64,000 nucleotides of DNA from Chlorokybus atmophyticus. Lineage: Eukaryota > Plantae > Mesostigma and Chlorokybus algae. The notes beneath the pieces were generated by a model. It was given only the letters and a program-made list of their open reading frames with translations, had not been told where the DNA came from and did no database searches. How positions within the stretch are numbered: the first letter of the stretch is position 1; each line of letters opens with the position of its first letter. Location: assembly GCA_009103225.1 (NCBI GenBank), contig RHPI01003369.1:689500-753499 (forward strand), written 5' to 3'. The translations under genes and the position numbers were made by a program. Positions 50,245 to 63,115 of this stretch are shown piece after piece.

Positions 50245-51386
50245 ATGGCGGCGTCAAGCTCGTCAACGCCTACATGCCGTGTTGCTGCCCATGTCGTTGA
50301 GCCCTGTTTGTGGCGATCATGCAACTGCTCGTCACGCTCAGGACCGCACGCATTAAGGCCGCCGCCGCCGCTGCTACGGGTAAACCTGTGTGCTCACTAG
50401 CAGTTGTTAATTGAGACCAGTGTGATTGCGAAACTGTGACCTGCAAGGTCCGTTATGACGTCAACGCAGATCTCCTGAGTTGAAATCTTTTGTCATTCAA
50501 GTTTTCTCTCACACACACTTAACATGCGCACGCAGAAATCTCTTGCTCAACGTGGGTGATACAACAGTGAACGCACGCACGCACGCACGCACGCATGCAT
50601 CCGCACACTCGCAGAGACACAATCACACACAGTCAGATGCACACACACGCACAACAAGCACGAACACACGGTGATCGCGGTCACACTGCCACGATATACT
50701 TTATGCATGCATTGTTTTACCATCGTCAACACCAATGCCGCAGCATCCGCAACACCTTACGCTGCCATCACGGGCTGCGCGGCTAGCGTCCTCATCTGTC
50801 AAGAGGAGGAGAAGGAGGAGGACAAACACTGTCGCCGCAGTGTTTGAAGAATTTGGAGACGCCGTCTCCGTGTTGTCGCGATCCGTCAGGCTCTCACCCA
50901 TCGATGCTTGGCGTGAGTATACACGCATCTATGCATGCTTTCTGGCATACACACATGTTGCTGTGTTGGGTTACGGGTAAACGACACAACCTATTGGTAT
51001 ATGTTGTGGTGAACAGGTCAGCTGCTTGAAACTGGTCAAGAGTCCATTCGCTCGGCCTTCGCCTCACCGCTGCTGCAGGACTCTGAGCTCGCCGCCGCCG
51101 CGCGGGCCATACTTCAATCCTTCCCCTGGCTCCAAGTCAGTGAGGACTCTGTCTCGTATGCGTGTGAGCATGCACTCGCGCACGCATCCCCACATGCACA
51201 CCCGCACACGCCCACACACCCGCACGCCCACGCAGTGGCACATATCTTCTGGCTTGGTTTACACGCAAACACTATCTGTCTCAGGCTGTGCCGGGTGCCT
51301 TCCGTGGGTTCGTTAACGAGGCCTATGAGTTGTTGGCGCTCTCGGTGTCGGCGTTCTGGAAGGGCGTGGAGATCGCGCCGGGGCAG
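50245..51386 (+). CDS. Small spliced protein with probable chloroplast transit peptide, unknown function (3' end not defined)
   Basis: Four exons join with consistent phases: MAASSSSTPTCRVAAH...PPPLLR | HPQHLTLPSRAARLASSSVKRRRR...LSPIDAW R | QLLETGQESIRSAF...FPWLQ | AVPGAFRGFVNEAYELL...EIAPGQ. The N-terminus is Ser/Arg-rich and nearly free of acidic residues. Confidence 0.65.
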
Positions 51387-51885
51387 GTGGGGCCCACTCT
51401 GCTGTTTTACGTTGTGCTCATGGGGCTGGCGAGCGCGCTGCTCACTCAGTCCCCGAGACAATAGCTTGTGTTTCGGCAATTTGGTTTGTGTTTTGAGATG
51501 TAATAGCGTGATGTTCATAGCACTCGGGTAGGTTATTACTCTACACTTACAGTAGGTATGGTCGGCGTCATTGCATCTGTAACGATGGTCTAGAAACCGT
51601 GAGCATGCATGGCACACGTGCAAGTGCTTTGCGTCTGGTGTATGTGGGGCTCATCTGTTCAGTTGCAACACCACTACGGTTTGCAGCATGGGGCTCCTGT
51701 GACTAACAATCACATTGTAAGATTCTGTGAAGTGCATTTGCTGATGGGGTATGTTCAAGAACCCCCGTCCAATGCAGCAAACTGCGAAATGATGACGACG
51801 ATGCACTCAACTGCTCTGCTCTCAGCACACCAGGGATCCAATGTAAGATGGACAATGCACGACACAACAAATCGAAGTAGTGGCA

Positions 51886-54662
51886 TTACTGTCTTCTCTG
51901 CTCACCCACAGCAACCACTTCAGCAAACAAGACACAGTCCAGGGCGCTGGTTGACCCGACAGCCAGAACGGGCACAACCACAGCCGACAACTCAATACCA
52001 GCCGAGACTCGTTCGACAGCTCCCTTGATGGCCTCGCGCAGCTCGCTTGAACTCGTGCCGGTAGCGTCCTCGCAGTAGTAAACCCTCATGTACTGCAGAC
52101 ACAACTCATCAACAAGTTGCACTACACAACAGATCACCAATGCATGACATACAAACAAAACAGAGTGCCAACCACATTACCAGAGTGTCTTCCCAGCCAA
52201 GTGCAGCTTTCTGTAAACTTGCGGTCAGTTGCTGTACTGTATTGTGTACGAGGGACTTTGCGTGGTTGTCTTCGCCACGGCCAACAGAGGCGTGCGCGAT
52301 GCAGAGCTCGCCATGCAAATACAACGCATGCCGCGTGCTGTCCGCTGTGACATTGTCGTCTCTGCACCAGGTCAGCGTGGAGCGGTGGTTGCTGTTGGTG
52401 TTGTCACTATCGCTGTCGCTGTCGTAAGATGGTGTCGTTGTGCTTGGAGATGGAGGTGCATGCACGAGAGGAAGCACCTCCACCAGAGCTCTGCGAAAGA
52501 ACTGAACTTGGAGGAAGCGCCTCACTGGACACATGACTACGTATGCATCGTTGAACACTTGCGATACAAGCTGCCAATAATATGTATTGTATGTATTGCA
52601 GGAAACCTCTGTGTGGCATGCAAGCATTCACACGCATACACACGCGCACATGGAGCTTACCCCTTTGGCAGCGCGGGTAGCTTCACCCAGGCACAAAGTG
52701 GGCTCCAGGTTGCTTCAGACTCTTCAAAGAAGGCTGCCTGCGCGTGAGACGCGCCGTCCGCACCCTCAAGCGCGCAAGCGCCAGCCACAAACATCGTGCA
52801 GGAGAGCGCGCGATGTCGCACTGAGCACCCAACCACTTCTGCAACTGACTCACAATGTGTGAAAGCTGTGCTTGCTTCAGCTGCAATGCCACCTTGCACG
52901 GGCGTCAGTGATATTGGGTCCAGGCCAAGCTGGCCCGCAAGGAACAGCAAACCCGCATGCTTTGTGGCCTGGCTGTACGGTCCGATACACGCGGGTGCCC
53001 ACTCTGATATACTCTGCACGTGCAGACTATCGCGCTGGTCCGAGTCGACCTTAGCAACTATTAAGTCAACCATGACGGCGATATCGGACCCAGGACCGAT
53101 CTCCACGCACGCCCTCGATGGCACGCCACGTGGGCAGTCTTCCACACGCACGTGTTGGGAGTATATCTGGTTGATGGCGGCGAAGTGAGACATGTCCGGC
53201 ACATATAAGTACACGAACAACACGTCGGCCCACGACAGCCTGTGCGTGGCAAGCTGCTGATTGATGCTCTCCAGGCAGCCGGCGATATCGACTTCAACGC
53301 TTGTCGACCGCCCCTTTGCTGAGACGTGGAGATACCGCCCGCATTGCGGCAGTGTGCACACGACATCGGCTTCTGGCTGCGAGGACGTTGTTGGAGCGCA
53401 CTGCGTGTCTTGTGTAGTGGTCATGTTGTCATTTAGTACGTTGATGATCGAAGTCTCAACTGGCTCAGATTGCTCAGACTTGGGCTCGATGTGAAAATTG
53501 GTTGGATGCAGCAAACCCACTCCTCCGGCAGCATGTTGCACAACCCACGCGTCCAACACTATGCGCGCGTGCTGCCACATGAGAGCGTTGGTTCGTTCAG
53601 TCATGACATTGCTTCAGATGTGTGCAAGCATGACAGGAGATAGTATTACTGCACCTTGAAGAGAGGGCAGTCGAGGGTGAGCGTCTCGTACTCGCCGCCC
53701 TCCCCGCACTCGTTGCAGCCGTACAGACTAATGCAACATCACCATCCATGTCAGCCCCCCCTGCTGTTAACAAACTCAGCACACTTCACTCCTACAATAT
53801 GCACATGCTGGGAGGGGAAGGTACCCACCTGGCCAGCTTCTTCAAGTGCGGCTGCATGGAAAGGAGGTCCTTGCCAAGGTGCTTGTCGGGCTCGAGCCCA
53901 ATGGCCGCAACCTTCACGAGAATTGCTGTGATGCCATCATCAATCTGAGCAACACAGGCGTACATGAGACAACACCATGTATTGTGACAAACAAACACAT
54001 ACGCTGTGTGTACGTGTGCGCGCTCATTCGCAGCGCGCGCACATACATACACACATGCACACATACACACGTGCACACACGCACAGGCACACACGCTGTG
54101 TGTGCGTGTGTGTGCGTGTCGCACACCCACCCACGCACACACGTACCATGTCCTGTAGGAGTGGTCCCTGTGGCTTGCGCCACAGCGGCGCGATCGACAC
54201 CAATCCCAGTCTTGCGCACACATTCTCCACTCGCACTCGCTGATAATCCGACGCCACAGCTCCGCTGCACACGGCTTCCGCCCCCACCCTCACCTTAGCC
54301 GCCTTCAACAGCGCGTGCAAGTCCTCCACCTCGTCGCCCTCCACCGCATTGTGGTAATTCCTCCCCGTCTGCACGGACGAACCCACTATTCTCCTTCTAA
54401 ACAAAGGCAATCCGCAGCAGCGAGCGTATGCTGCAACCAAACTGTGACCGGCCGTCTGGTACATGTAGCTCTCATGCTTCTCCAAGTCCTCCTCACTGGG
54501 GTACACGCTGTTGTTGTCATCATCATTGTTGTGGTCTTCTGGCATGCCTCCCCATGTGGGGTGAAGGTTGGCTAAGGCAACCAGCTGGTGGCCCCAGCGC
54601 TCGACTAGGATTGCCGCGTAGCACGAGTCTTTGCCGCCGCTTATTAACGCCACCACCCTCAT
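51886..54662 (-). CDS. DPH6: Diphthine--ammonia ligase with C-terminal RidA/YjgF-like domains
   Basis: MRVVALISGGKDSC (PP-loop), ESYMYQT, EGDEVEDL, SGAVASDYQRVRVENVCARLGL, CGEGGEYETLTLDCPLFK. RidA-like parts: YLYVPDMSHFAAINQIY, PSRACV, LHVQSISEWAPACIGPYSQA. Confidence 0.96.
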
Positions 54663-55848
54663 TGCTTGTGCTTGTTTGGTAAACGTGTCGTGCTCAGGGT
54701 GTCCACTTGACAGTCAGAGTTTCATGGTTTAGTGTGGGGGGTGGTGTGTTTGCCTGTGTGCATGGAGGCAAATGGACATCAGCTAAGTCTGTCGATGAAC
54801 CAAACCAATTGCAACACCATTGGCATTTCACGCTGCACTTAGCAACCGCAATGAGCATATGGCTGTGTACTGAACACAAGGTGCAAACACACCAACAAGC
54901 TGGTGTTTACAGACAGCGGATAGAGTGGCTGACCAGTTCCCAGCCACACACCTGCCATTAGTGGGATTGCCTTGAGCTCAAGCTGGTGTATACTTTGCAT
55001 GACATACGGCAATACACAGAGCTGAATACAGTACTGCACGCTGGCGAATGCATGCAACCGGAAAACAGAGAAAAGCTAGTGCCGGCGCAGCGGCAGCAGC
55101 AGCCTGCCGTTCCGCCGCCCTGCATGCAACCAGTGAAGCGAGGCCAAGTAACACCCCCGCACCAGTGATGTGAAATAAACGACACCCCTCCCAACCAGCA
55201 CAAACCTCTCCTGGGCGGAGCACCGCAGCCCGACAGCCACCACCGCCGCCGACACCACCACCGCCGCCGACGCCGACGTCGTGCAGTGCAGCCAGCCGCT
55301 GTGGTGGCAGACCTAATGTCGGCGCAATGGTGCAGTCACGGCGCTTACGTCGTCGATGGTCGACTCTGCTGGTCGCGTGGGTTTGCAAGGGGCTCCATGA
55401 CGTCATCTATTTCGGTATGTTGGCTGCAAGGGAAAGCACATACACACATACGTAGTACATAGCGCGCACGTGTGCACATGCGCACGCGCACGCACACGAA
55501 AACTTGCATGCATACACAGATGCACACACAATGGCTCATGTATGCGTGCATGCGCGCTCATACTCAAGCAAACACACATACACACGCACAGATTTATACA
55601 CGCACGCACACACGCAGGCAGGCAGGCATGCACAGCACTCTCGGTAGAGAGAAGACTCCTTGCCCGCACACGCTTGCAGGGCGCCATGCGCCCTTTGCGG
55701 TCGATTGTTAAGTGGTTGTGAGACTAATCACGCGAGCGGTGTTCACACTCCAACCACCGTGACGCAACGCTGCCACATCCTGTCTATCAACTAGTCTAGT
55801 TCTCAATCCCTAGCTGTAAGGGTGACAGCAATCCTCTCCTCACACAAC

Positions 55849-58800
55849 CTAACGCGCATCCTCCCCGTCCTCCCCGTCGCTCCGGCCCCCCTCCTCCTCC
55901 TCCTCGCGACCCTCGTCATCGCTACGGCTCGCATCGATACGCAGCTCACGCGCGCGCTTGCGAGAGAGGAAACCCCTGCACGTGTGCGGGGGTGGGTGGG
56001 TGGGCAGGGTGTGTATGGTGTTGTAGTTGTGTATGTGCTTATGCGGACCAAATACACAACACCAACACCGTACGCACCCACATGGTGCGTGCGCGTGCGC
56101 GTGCATGTACGTGCACGTGCATGTAGATGCGTGTGTGCCTGTGCATGCGTGTGTGCGCACAACACACTGTCAGCAAGTAGTCTGCTTGAACCCATCTCGT
56201 TTTCCCTCTTTTACCTTGCCGACGTCTGTATAACAATCGCCGCCACATGATGTCTCAAATGTTCCTGCAGCGCCCTGGCCGCAAACTCCCTCGCATTCTG
56301 TCTCAGTCTCATCACGCTCCCATCCACCCCACTCCCCCCATCACTCCCATGTTGTGCTGATGCATCCTCCATGATGGCCTGTATCCTCTCTCTGGCCGAG
56401 GACGAGCCAGGGTTGTGGGTAGGACTCGTGGCTGAGGTGCGAGAGAGGTCCTTCAGTGTGACCACCACGCCCGCGCGGACGAGGTTCCACTTGGACTCGT
56501 CGTCGGTGGTGCTGGCGAGGGAGTAGAGGAAACGGAGGGACTCGTGCTGGGGAGAAGAGTTGTGTGTGTTGGGGTTGTGGGTTGCGATACTCATGTGTGG
56601 GTGTGGGTCAGGGTGGNNNNNNNNNNNNNNNNNNNNNNNNNNNNNNNNNNNNNNNNNNNNNNNNNNNNNNNNNNNNNNNNNNNNNNNNNNNNNNNNNNNN
56701 NNNNNNNNNNNNNNNNNNNNNNNNNNNNNNNNNNNNNNNNNNNNNNNNNNNNNNNNNNNNNNNNNNNNNNNNNNNNNNNNNNNNNNNNNNNNNNNNNNNN
56801 NNNNNNNNNNNNNNNNNNNNNNNNNNNNNNNNNNNNNNNNNNNNNNNNNNNNNNNNNNNNNNNNNNNNNNNNNNNNNNNNNNNNNNNNNNNNNNNNNNNN
56901 NNNNNNNNNNNNNNNNNNNNNNNNNNNNNNNNNNNNNNNNNNNNNNNNNNNNNNNNNNNNNNNNNNNNNNNNNNNNNNNNNNNNNNNNNNNNNNNNNNNN
57001 NNNNNNNNNNNNNNNNNNNNNNNNNNNNNNNNNNNNNNNNNNNNNNNNNNNNNNNNNNNNNNNNNNNNNNNNNNNNNNNNNNNNNNNNNNNNNNNNNNNN
57101 NNNNNNNNNNNNNNNNNNNNNNNNNNNNNNNNNNNNNNNNNNNNNNNNNNNNNNNNNNNNNNNNNNNNNNNNNNNNNNNNNNNNNNNNNNNNNNNNNNNN
57201 NNNNNNNNNNNNNNNNNNNNNNNNNNNNNNNNNNNNNNNNNNNNNNNNNNNNNNNNNNNNNNNNNNNNNNNNNNNNNNNNNNNNNNNNNNNNNNNNNNNN
57301 NNNNNNNNNNNNNNNNNNNNNNNNNNNNNNNNNNNNNNNNNNNNGGATGTGGGTATGTTGTGTCGAGTGGGTGGGTGTGCGTGCGTGCGTGTGCGCGCGT
57401 GCGCATGCACACGCGCACGCACGCACGCACATACGCATATGTGTGCGTGAACATGAACATGCGTGCTTGCAGTATCCGCGTGTGTCTGTGTGTGTGCGTA
57501 TGCGTGTGTACTCGTGCCTGCACGCGTGTACGCGCGTGCGTGTGTGCGTACGCATGTGCATGTGCATGTGCGTGTGCATGTGCATGTGTATGTGTGTATG
57601 CGCGCACGCGCGCATGTGTGTCTCCGCTGTGTCAACACTGTCGCAAATACACACACACACTGTGTGCAGGCAACAAAATGTGCGACTCACGGTTGTGGCT
57701 GAGGTGGAATAGGCATCGGGCGATGGCGCGCAGGGTGACTCTGTCGGGCGGACCGGCCTCGAGGTGGGAGAAAAGCAGCCGCGGGACGTCCAACGCGTTC
57801 ATGCGGGCCCTCCCCTCATCTGTGGTGAGTTGAGAATCCATGTTGGTGTCTGTTTGTGTGGGTATGAGGTACTTCACATGTCACACTACGTGTACCGTTG
57901 TCGGCGAGGAGGCTGAAGGCTTGCAGCGATGCTTTGAGCAATTCGGGGTCCTTCTCCTCACTCAACTGCATGTGACAACCGTATGTAAGCGTTGTGTTGT
58001 TATGTGTCAAAGCAGCAACAGCAACCCAACAGCAGCAACAGCAACATCTCGCCTGGCAGTTGCGCAGGAGGTTGGCGAGCATCTCCGTGCTGGCGAGAAC
58101 AGGCCGGGCGTCACGGGACGATCCTGCAAGAGCACACAGCAGCCTGGTTGCCGACACCTGCAAGAGAATGTTGTTCAATTGGCGGTCGGTGAGACTAACA
58201 ACCACACAAAAACGTATACCGCACATGGACGCTTGCACACGCAAGCACAGGCACGCACGCACGCAGGCACGCGAGTTTCACACGTCTATCAAAACGCATG
58301 TGTGCGTGCGATAGACACATGTGCGCAAGTGTGCAGCAAATACCGTGAGCACATCCTCGTAGTTCTCGGTGCCCACCAGCCGCGTAAGCGGCCCGCACAC
58401 ACCCGCCGCAACCGCCTCCACCGCATGCCACTCTGAAACAGAAACACAAACACTATCACTCACCACCACCCCTCCCACCCCCCACCCTCACCCACCCACC
58501 ATGTTTGCACAGGTGGCACAGCGCCTCGAGCACGTGTGCCCTGAACCTCACGCTTCCTCCCGGTCCCGCCAGCCACTGCGTGAGGGCCCTCGCAGCACCA
58601 CCAGCAGAGGGAGATGGAGGGGAGGAGACATTGCTATTATTGTCCGAGAAGCCGCGCCAGGCTGGGAGATCGGATGTGGCTGGAGCCAACCTGGAGAGAC
58701 GGGGAGGTAGATGTAGCGTGGGGTTGGGGATGGCAACATCTGTATGTGTGTGTGGGGGGGTGGGTGGGTGGGTGGGTGGGTGAGGGTTTGGGTTTGGGTC

Positions 58801-59451
58801 TCTTGCCTTCTGAGGGCGAAGGCGGCGGCGAGGCGCGTGCGTTCATCATGCATGCCTCCCAGATACACCAGCGTGCGCACGCATCCCGCGTGCACCATGC
58901 TCTCTTGCAACTCCTCTGAGACCACCACAACACCACCATCAACCTCACCCGACAACCCCACCCAACACATCCACCAACACCACCAACAACACCATCACCC
59001 TACCGTTGCCGGCGCAGTGACAAAGCCCCTCGGCAATCCCGCGCCGGATGCCCTCGCCAGCTTGACCCGCGGGCACCCAGCTGCTGCGCACTCCTCCTTG
59101 TTGGTTGTGTTGGTGTTGGTGTTGATGCTGGTGCTGGTGCTGATGTTGGTGTTGTTGGTGGTGAGGAGGGATGTGTGGAGTGTGGATGTGTTGTGAGTGG
59201 TTCGTGCCGAGAAGGCGAGCGGATAAGCGAAGGCCGTCGAGCCGGCGTGCGAAGACCTTCTGGTTGGATGCTGTGCGGATGTGGGCAAAGGAGGTTCAGA
59301 GGGTGATACATACAGTGCGTTGGGACACATGTTTAAGTAAATGTTGGTCGAGAAGTGGAGGAGGTAAGACTTGCCTACGGAGAGGAGGTCGGCGAGGACT
59401 GAGGCTGCGAGACGTTGTAAGGGAAGGTCCCACCCGCGTGGCCGCCGCCTG

Positions 59452-59525
<74 letters not shown>

Positions 59526-61585
59526 TGTGCGTGCGCGTGTGCGTGCGCGTATGCGCTCGTGCGCGCGTGTGCATTGCATGTGCTTGTGCGTAGGTGCATG
59601 TTCAAGAATGGCGACTTTTAGGAATGCAACAGCAACTCGCAGTCCTGCAATCACCTTGCTCTTCTGCTGTGGGTGCCAGCGGGTGCCGTGAGCGGCCGTC
59701 CAGCGCTACTGCTGGCTCTCAACTCCGACTGCACGCACTCAAGCTCTCAGTCACACCTCACCCACCTCTTGCACATGCCATATGCTTTCAACGTGTTCCT
59801 TGTACTCACCATCAGGCTTGATGTGGATGTATAGCTGTCCTCAAAGGCGAGACCACCTCCACCTCCGCCACCGCCTCGGTTGTTGCGGCTCCCGCGCGGC
59901 GTCAAGGACGCGGGGGGCTGGCTTAGTTCTGCAGTGGGACTGGTGGGGTTGCTGGTGACATTATTGTTGTTGATGCTGATGTTGATGTTGGTGTTGGTGG
60001 TGCTGCTGCTGCTGCTGTTGATGTTGATGCTGGTACTGTTGCTATTGGTGGTGGTGGTGGTGATGGTGCCTGCGCCTGCGGTGCTGATGTTGATGTTGCT
60101 GGCGGTGGCGTTGAGGCTGTCCGTACCGCCATTGTTGTTGCCTCCACCGCGTGAGGCCAGATCCGCCCGGGACTTTGCGCGCTCCTTCAGACCCGCCAGC
60201 TGCGCCTCGAACATGCCTGAGAGAAAAAGCAGAGATTACCGGTTCAGTTTGGAAAGAGCTGTTATTATGACTTTGGAGATGTCAACTGAGGTTACCTTTC
60301 TTACCAGACATCTGCAGCTCTGTGCTGCGGCTGCCGGCAGCGAGCTTGCTGGGGTGCTCCCCAGGCATGCGCTCCTGATTCACATTTAACAGTACATGGT
60401 GACACACTGCTCATAGTAGTAAGAGTCAATGCTCGGCAGAGAAACTCTACTCTACTTGATCACTTATAGTAAGCAAGGGTGATAGGTATAGCAGTACATG
60501 TGGTGATACTCTTGTGAGTTGACACGGTATCAACCCTACTGCCGTAGCATCAGCAATCGTTGTTGCTACCTTCAGCACTCAATTGTTGGTTGTGCGATGA
60601 CTAGTAGTTGTCAGTATGGATTGGCAGTTGTCTAGGTTACTGCTCCCGTCACACTGGTGACGGAGCCAGTACGGCTCCTAGTTGTGGCAGTGGTAGCCAC
60701 CACCATGTTGTGTAACTCCGCGCACTAGCACAGTGATCAACACACACTTGCCTCCTGTTTAGGCATGCAGTAGTCGACGAACGGGAACACGATGGACATG
60801 ACGGCGGTGAGACCGCCCATACGCCCGATAATCTCCCTATTCTCATCTGTGTGAGGAGTCAAGTGAGTAACTGTGTGTATGAGACCACCTTTCGACACAA
60901 CACAACACAAGACAGCATGATGTAATAGCGTGCCTGTCTCTGCGAGGGACGCGAGGCCGCTGACGGCGTCCCGTCGCACGTCCACGTCGGTGCTGTACAG
61001 CGCAAGCTCCAGCAGGGGAAGCATGTACTCACCCTGTCAGCAAGAAAAGGACAGGTTATATGGGTGGTCACAAACACAAATATTCACGCGTTTGTTGGAT
61101 TTCAATTCATCTGTACACGCCTTTATCGGGGCATGCGCCAGCGCCCCCGCCGGCTTCGCTTCTGCGGGCCTCTTCCCCGTGGGTGGTGGTGGTGGCGGCG
61201 CTGATGGGTTCCTGTGTGCGTGTGTATGCGCGTGAGTGTGTGCGTATGTTTCATCTTGTGTTGGTATCTCCATGCGCGTTGGTGCATCGCCAATGCCCCA
61301 TGTCAATGCATACCTTATCAGTGCGTCGATAATGGCGGTGTAAGGATACTTATTCGCAATCTTCACACCACGCAGGCGGATAGCTATGTGCGAGGGTGGA
61401 CGCCGTCCTCCTCCCCCACCTCCTCCCCCTCCTCCAACGCCTGCTCCCCCTCCTCCTCCCGCTCCTCCATGTGACACCTCCCACTCCTCGTCATCCGCCG
61501 GCCTGTCCTTCCCCGCCTCGCTCGGCTGCGACGCCACTGTTGTTGGCGGGGGCACAGGCGCCATCACCTTTTTCACACCCCTCAT
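55849..61585 (-). CDS. Armadillo-repeat protein with C-terminal IQ motif
   Basis: ARM-like exons: LPLLELALYSTDVDVRRDAVSGLASLA, ENREIIGRMGGLTAV, LQESMVHAGCVRTLVYL...RLAAAFALRR, AVAAGVCGPLTRLV, RMNALDVPRLLFSHL...RAIARCLFHLS, NLVRAGVVVTLKDL. AAIVIQTSA|RGFLSRKR is split by an intron. An N gap lies inside the gene. Confidence 0.8.
56617..57344. other. Assembly gap (N run) within the ARM gene
   Basis: Continuous Ns. Confidence 0.99.
59454..59521. repeat. Perfect (TG)n microsatellite, about 34 units, intronic
   Basis: Uninterrupted TG run followed by (GCGTGT/GCGC) repeats. Confidence 0.97.
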
Positions 61586-61859
61586 GACTTGTTGTTGGTG
61601 ATATTGTTGACTAGTGTTGGTTCTGTGGCTTGTGGGTGGATGCACAAACAGTGTGCGTTGGCAACCAGCTCATGCTTGAGAACTGAACGTAGCCGCTGGC
61701 CTAAGGCCACGCCAGACCTTTGTTGGAAGCCTGGATTGACGTACTCCAGGCCTCAAACAAGCACACCAACAGGTTAAGACACTATTCTAGACTCTTTCCG
61801 CATCAAAACGGTGCGTTCAACTCTCAGATGTGCATACCACTAGGCTATACCGCTGTCTA

Positions 61860-62113
61860 GGCCAGGCCAGGCCAAGCCAGACTAGCCAAACGCAAGCAGC
61901 AGACCGCAAGGTCCCGAGTGTAGGTGTAGCTAGGGTTCGAGCAGCAGGCGACGCAACGCCAAAGACGTGAAGAAATCACCTACTCCACTCCCCTTCCACT
62001 AGAGGAAAAGAAAAACCCCTACCGTCAGGCCACAATCAGCCTGGTAGAGAGCGCCACCGGGCCAGGCCGAACCAGGCCAAGCCCAGTGGACAGTCACACA
62101 GTCAAGTCACGTG
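61860..62113. repeat. Degenerate GCCAG pentamer arrays plus CACGTG in a divergent promoter
   Basis: GCCAG GCCAG GCCAA GCCAG at 61861-61880, GCCAG GCCGA ACCAG GCCAA at 62061-62080, and GTCACGTGA with CACGTG at 62108-62113. Confidence 0.65.
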
Positions 62114-63115
62114 ATCCTGCGCACCTCGGTTAGCGTCGGGAGGGATCCGAGCGTTCGTTTTACCGAGAACCGAGATCTGCCCTTCTGGCAGAAGGCTGCT
62201 TTCCGGGTTGCACTAACCGCGCCACTCACCGAGGTGGTCAACGCCGCACAACGATTTCTGTCCGCGCGCGCTTGTGCGCTTGTGCGCTCACGGTGGATCG
62301 ATATCGCGGTCACAGAACGATATAGTATTTGGAATCGATCTCGAGGATATCAATCGCCCCTCAGGCGATTTGAAGTAATACATACAGCGGCAGCACAATT
62401 TTCTTGCTTAGGCCCATGCACGCATGCTCAGCCTTTTGCCCGGCTAGTTTGCTTGACCGTCTTTGCTGCTTGGTGGCTTGAATTAGCGCCGTCTTGTGTG
62501 CTTCGCCCTCATGGCGGCGGGGGGTCAGCTGGCTGCCAGCATCAGGCATGTGCAGGTTGGTGGATGCAACTCTTCACCTGAGCTGGGATGGTCGTTGGTG
62601 ATGACTGTTTCTGCAACCGTGTAAAAGTCTTCGTACCTGGCTTTCATATCCATTTTGCGCATAAAAGTTGGATAGCGCATTTTGCTGCTTCGGATGGTCT
62701 CAAAGACAACTCAGTCAACTCAGTTTGGCTGCCTTGCAAGCCGTAGCTACTGCAGCTTGGTGCAGTCCGTCCACCCCATGCAAGCAGCACAGGACTCGTG
62801 ACTATTTCAATACAAACATAGAGAGAACAATGCTCATAAAGACACGTGTAGACACATGCCTGCACAGAGGCGTAAATCTGCGTACACGCGCGAGCACCAA
62901 CTTGCGCACAGAGCGCACGCACCCACCATGTGCCCTTGCACCGATGCACTGTTGGCAACACGAGATTGTGTGCGTGTGTGTCTACGTACATGAGCAGCCA
63001 ATTTCTCATCTACACACGACCTATCCTCTTGCGCGCACACACACAACTTGCTCATCCCAACCCGAAAACAGTCTCCAAACCACGCTCACCCTCACCCTCA
63101 CACCCTCGCTTCCAG

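Noticed and set aside
51886-54662. DPH6-RidA fusion as a novel architecture
   Set aside because: This fusion is already well known in fungi and plants.
54978-55690. Small minus-strand gene between the ARM gene and DPH6
   Set aside because: Splice-like sites exist, but the phase-consistent join gives an implausible Arg/Trp/Cys-rich peptide.
61338-61350. GTATCCTTA (minus strand) as a U12 donor in the ARM gene
   Set aside because: It lies inside a continuous coding frame (NKYPYTA), and a normal GTATGC donor follows shortly after.
10483-62113. CACGTG G-boxes upstream of several genes (10483, 26587, 45645, 62108)
   Set aside because: CACGTG is frequent by chance in this CA/TG-rich sequence, so it is not evidence on its own.
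62107-62581. 156-aa ORF MILRTSVSVGRD... as a gene
   Set aside because: No recognisable motifs or splice context; it overlaps a promoter-like, palindrome-rich block.
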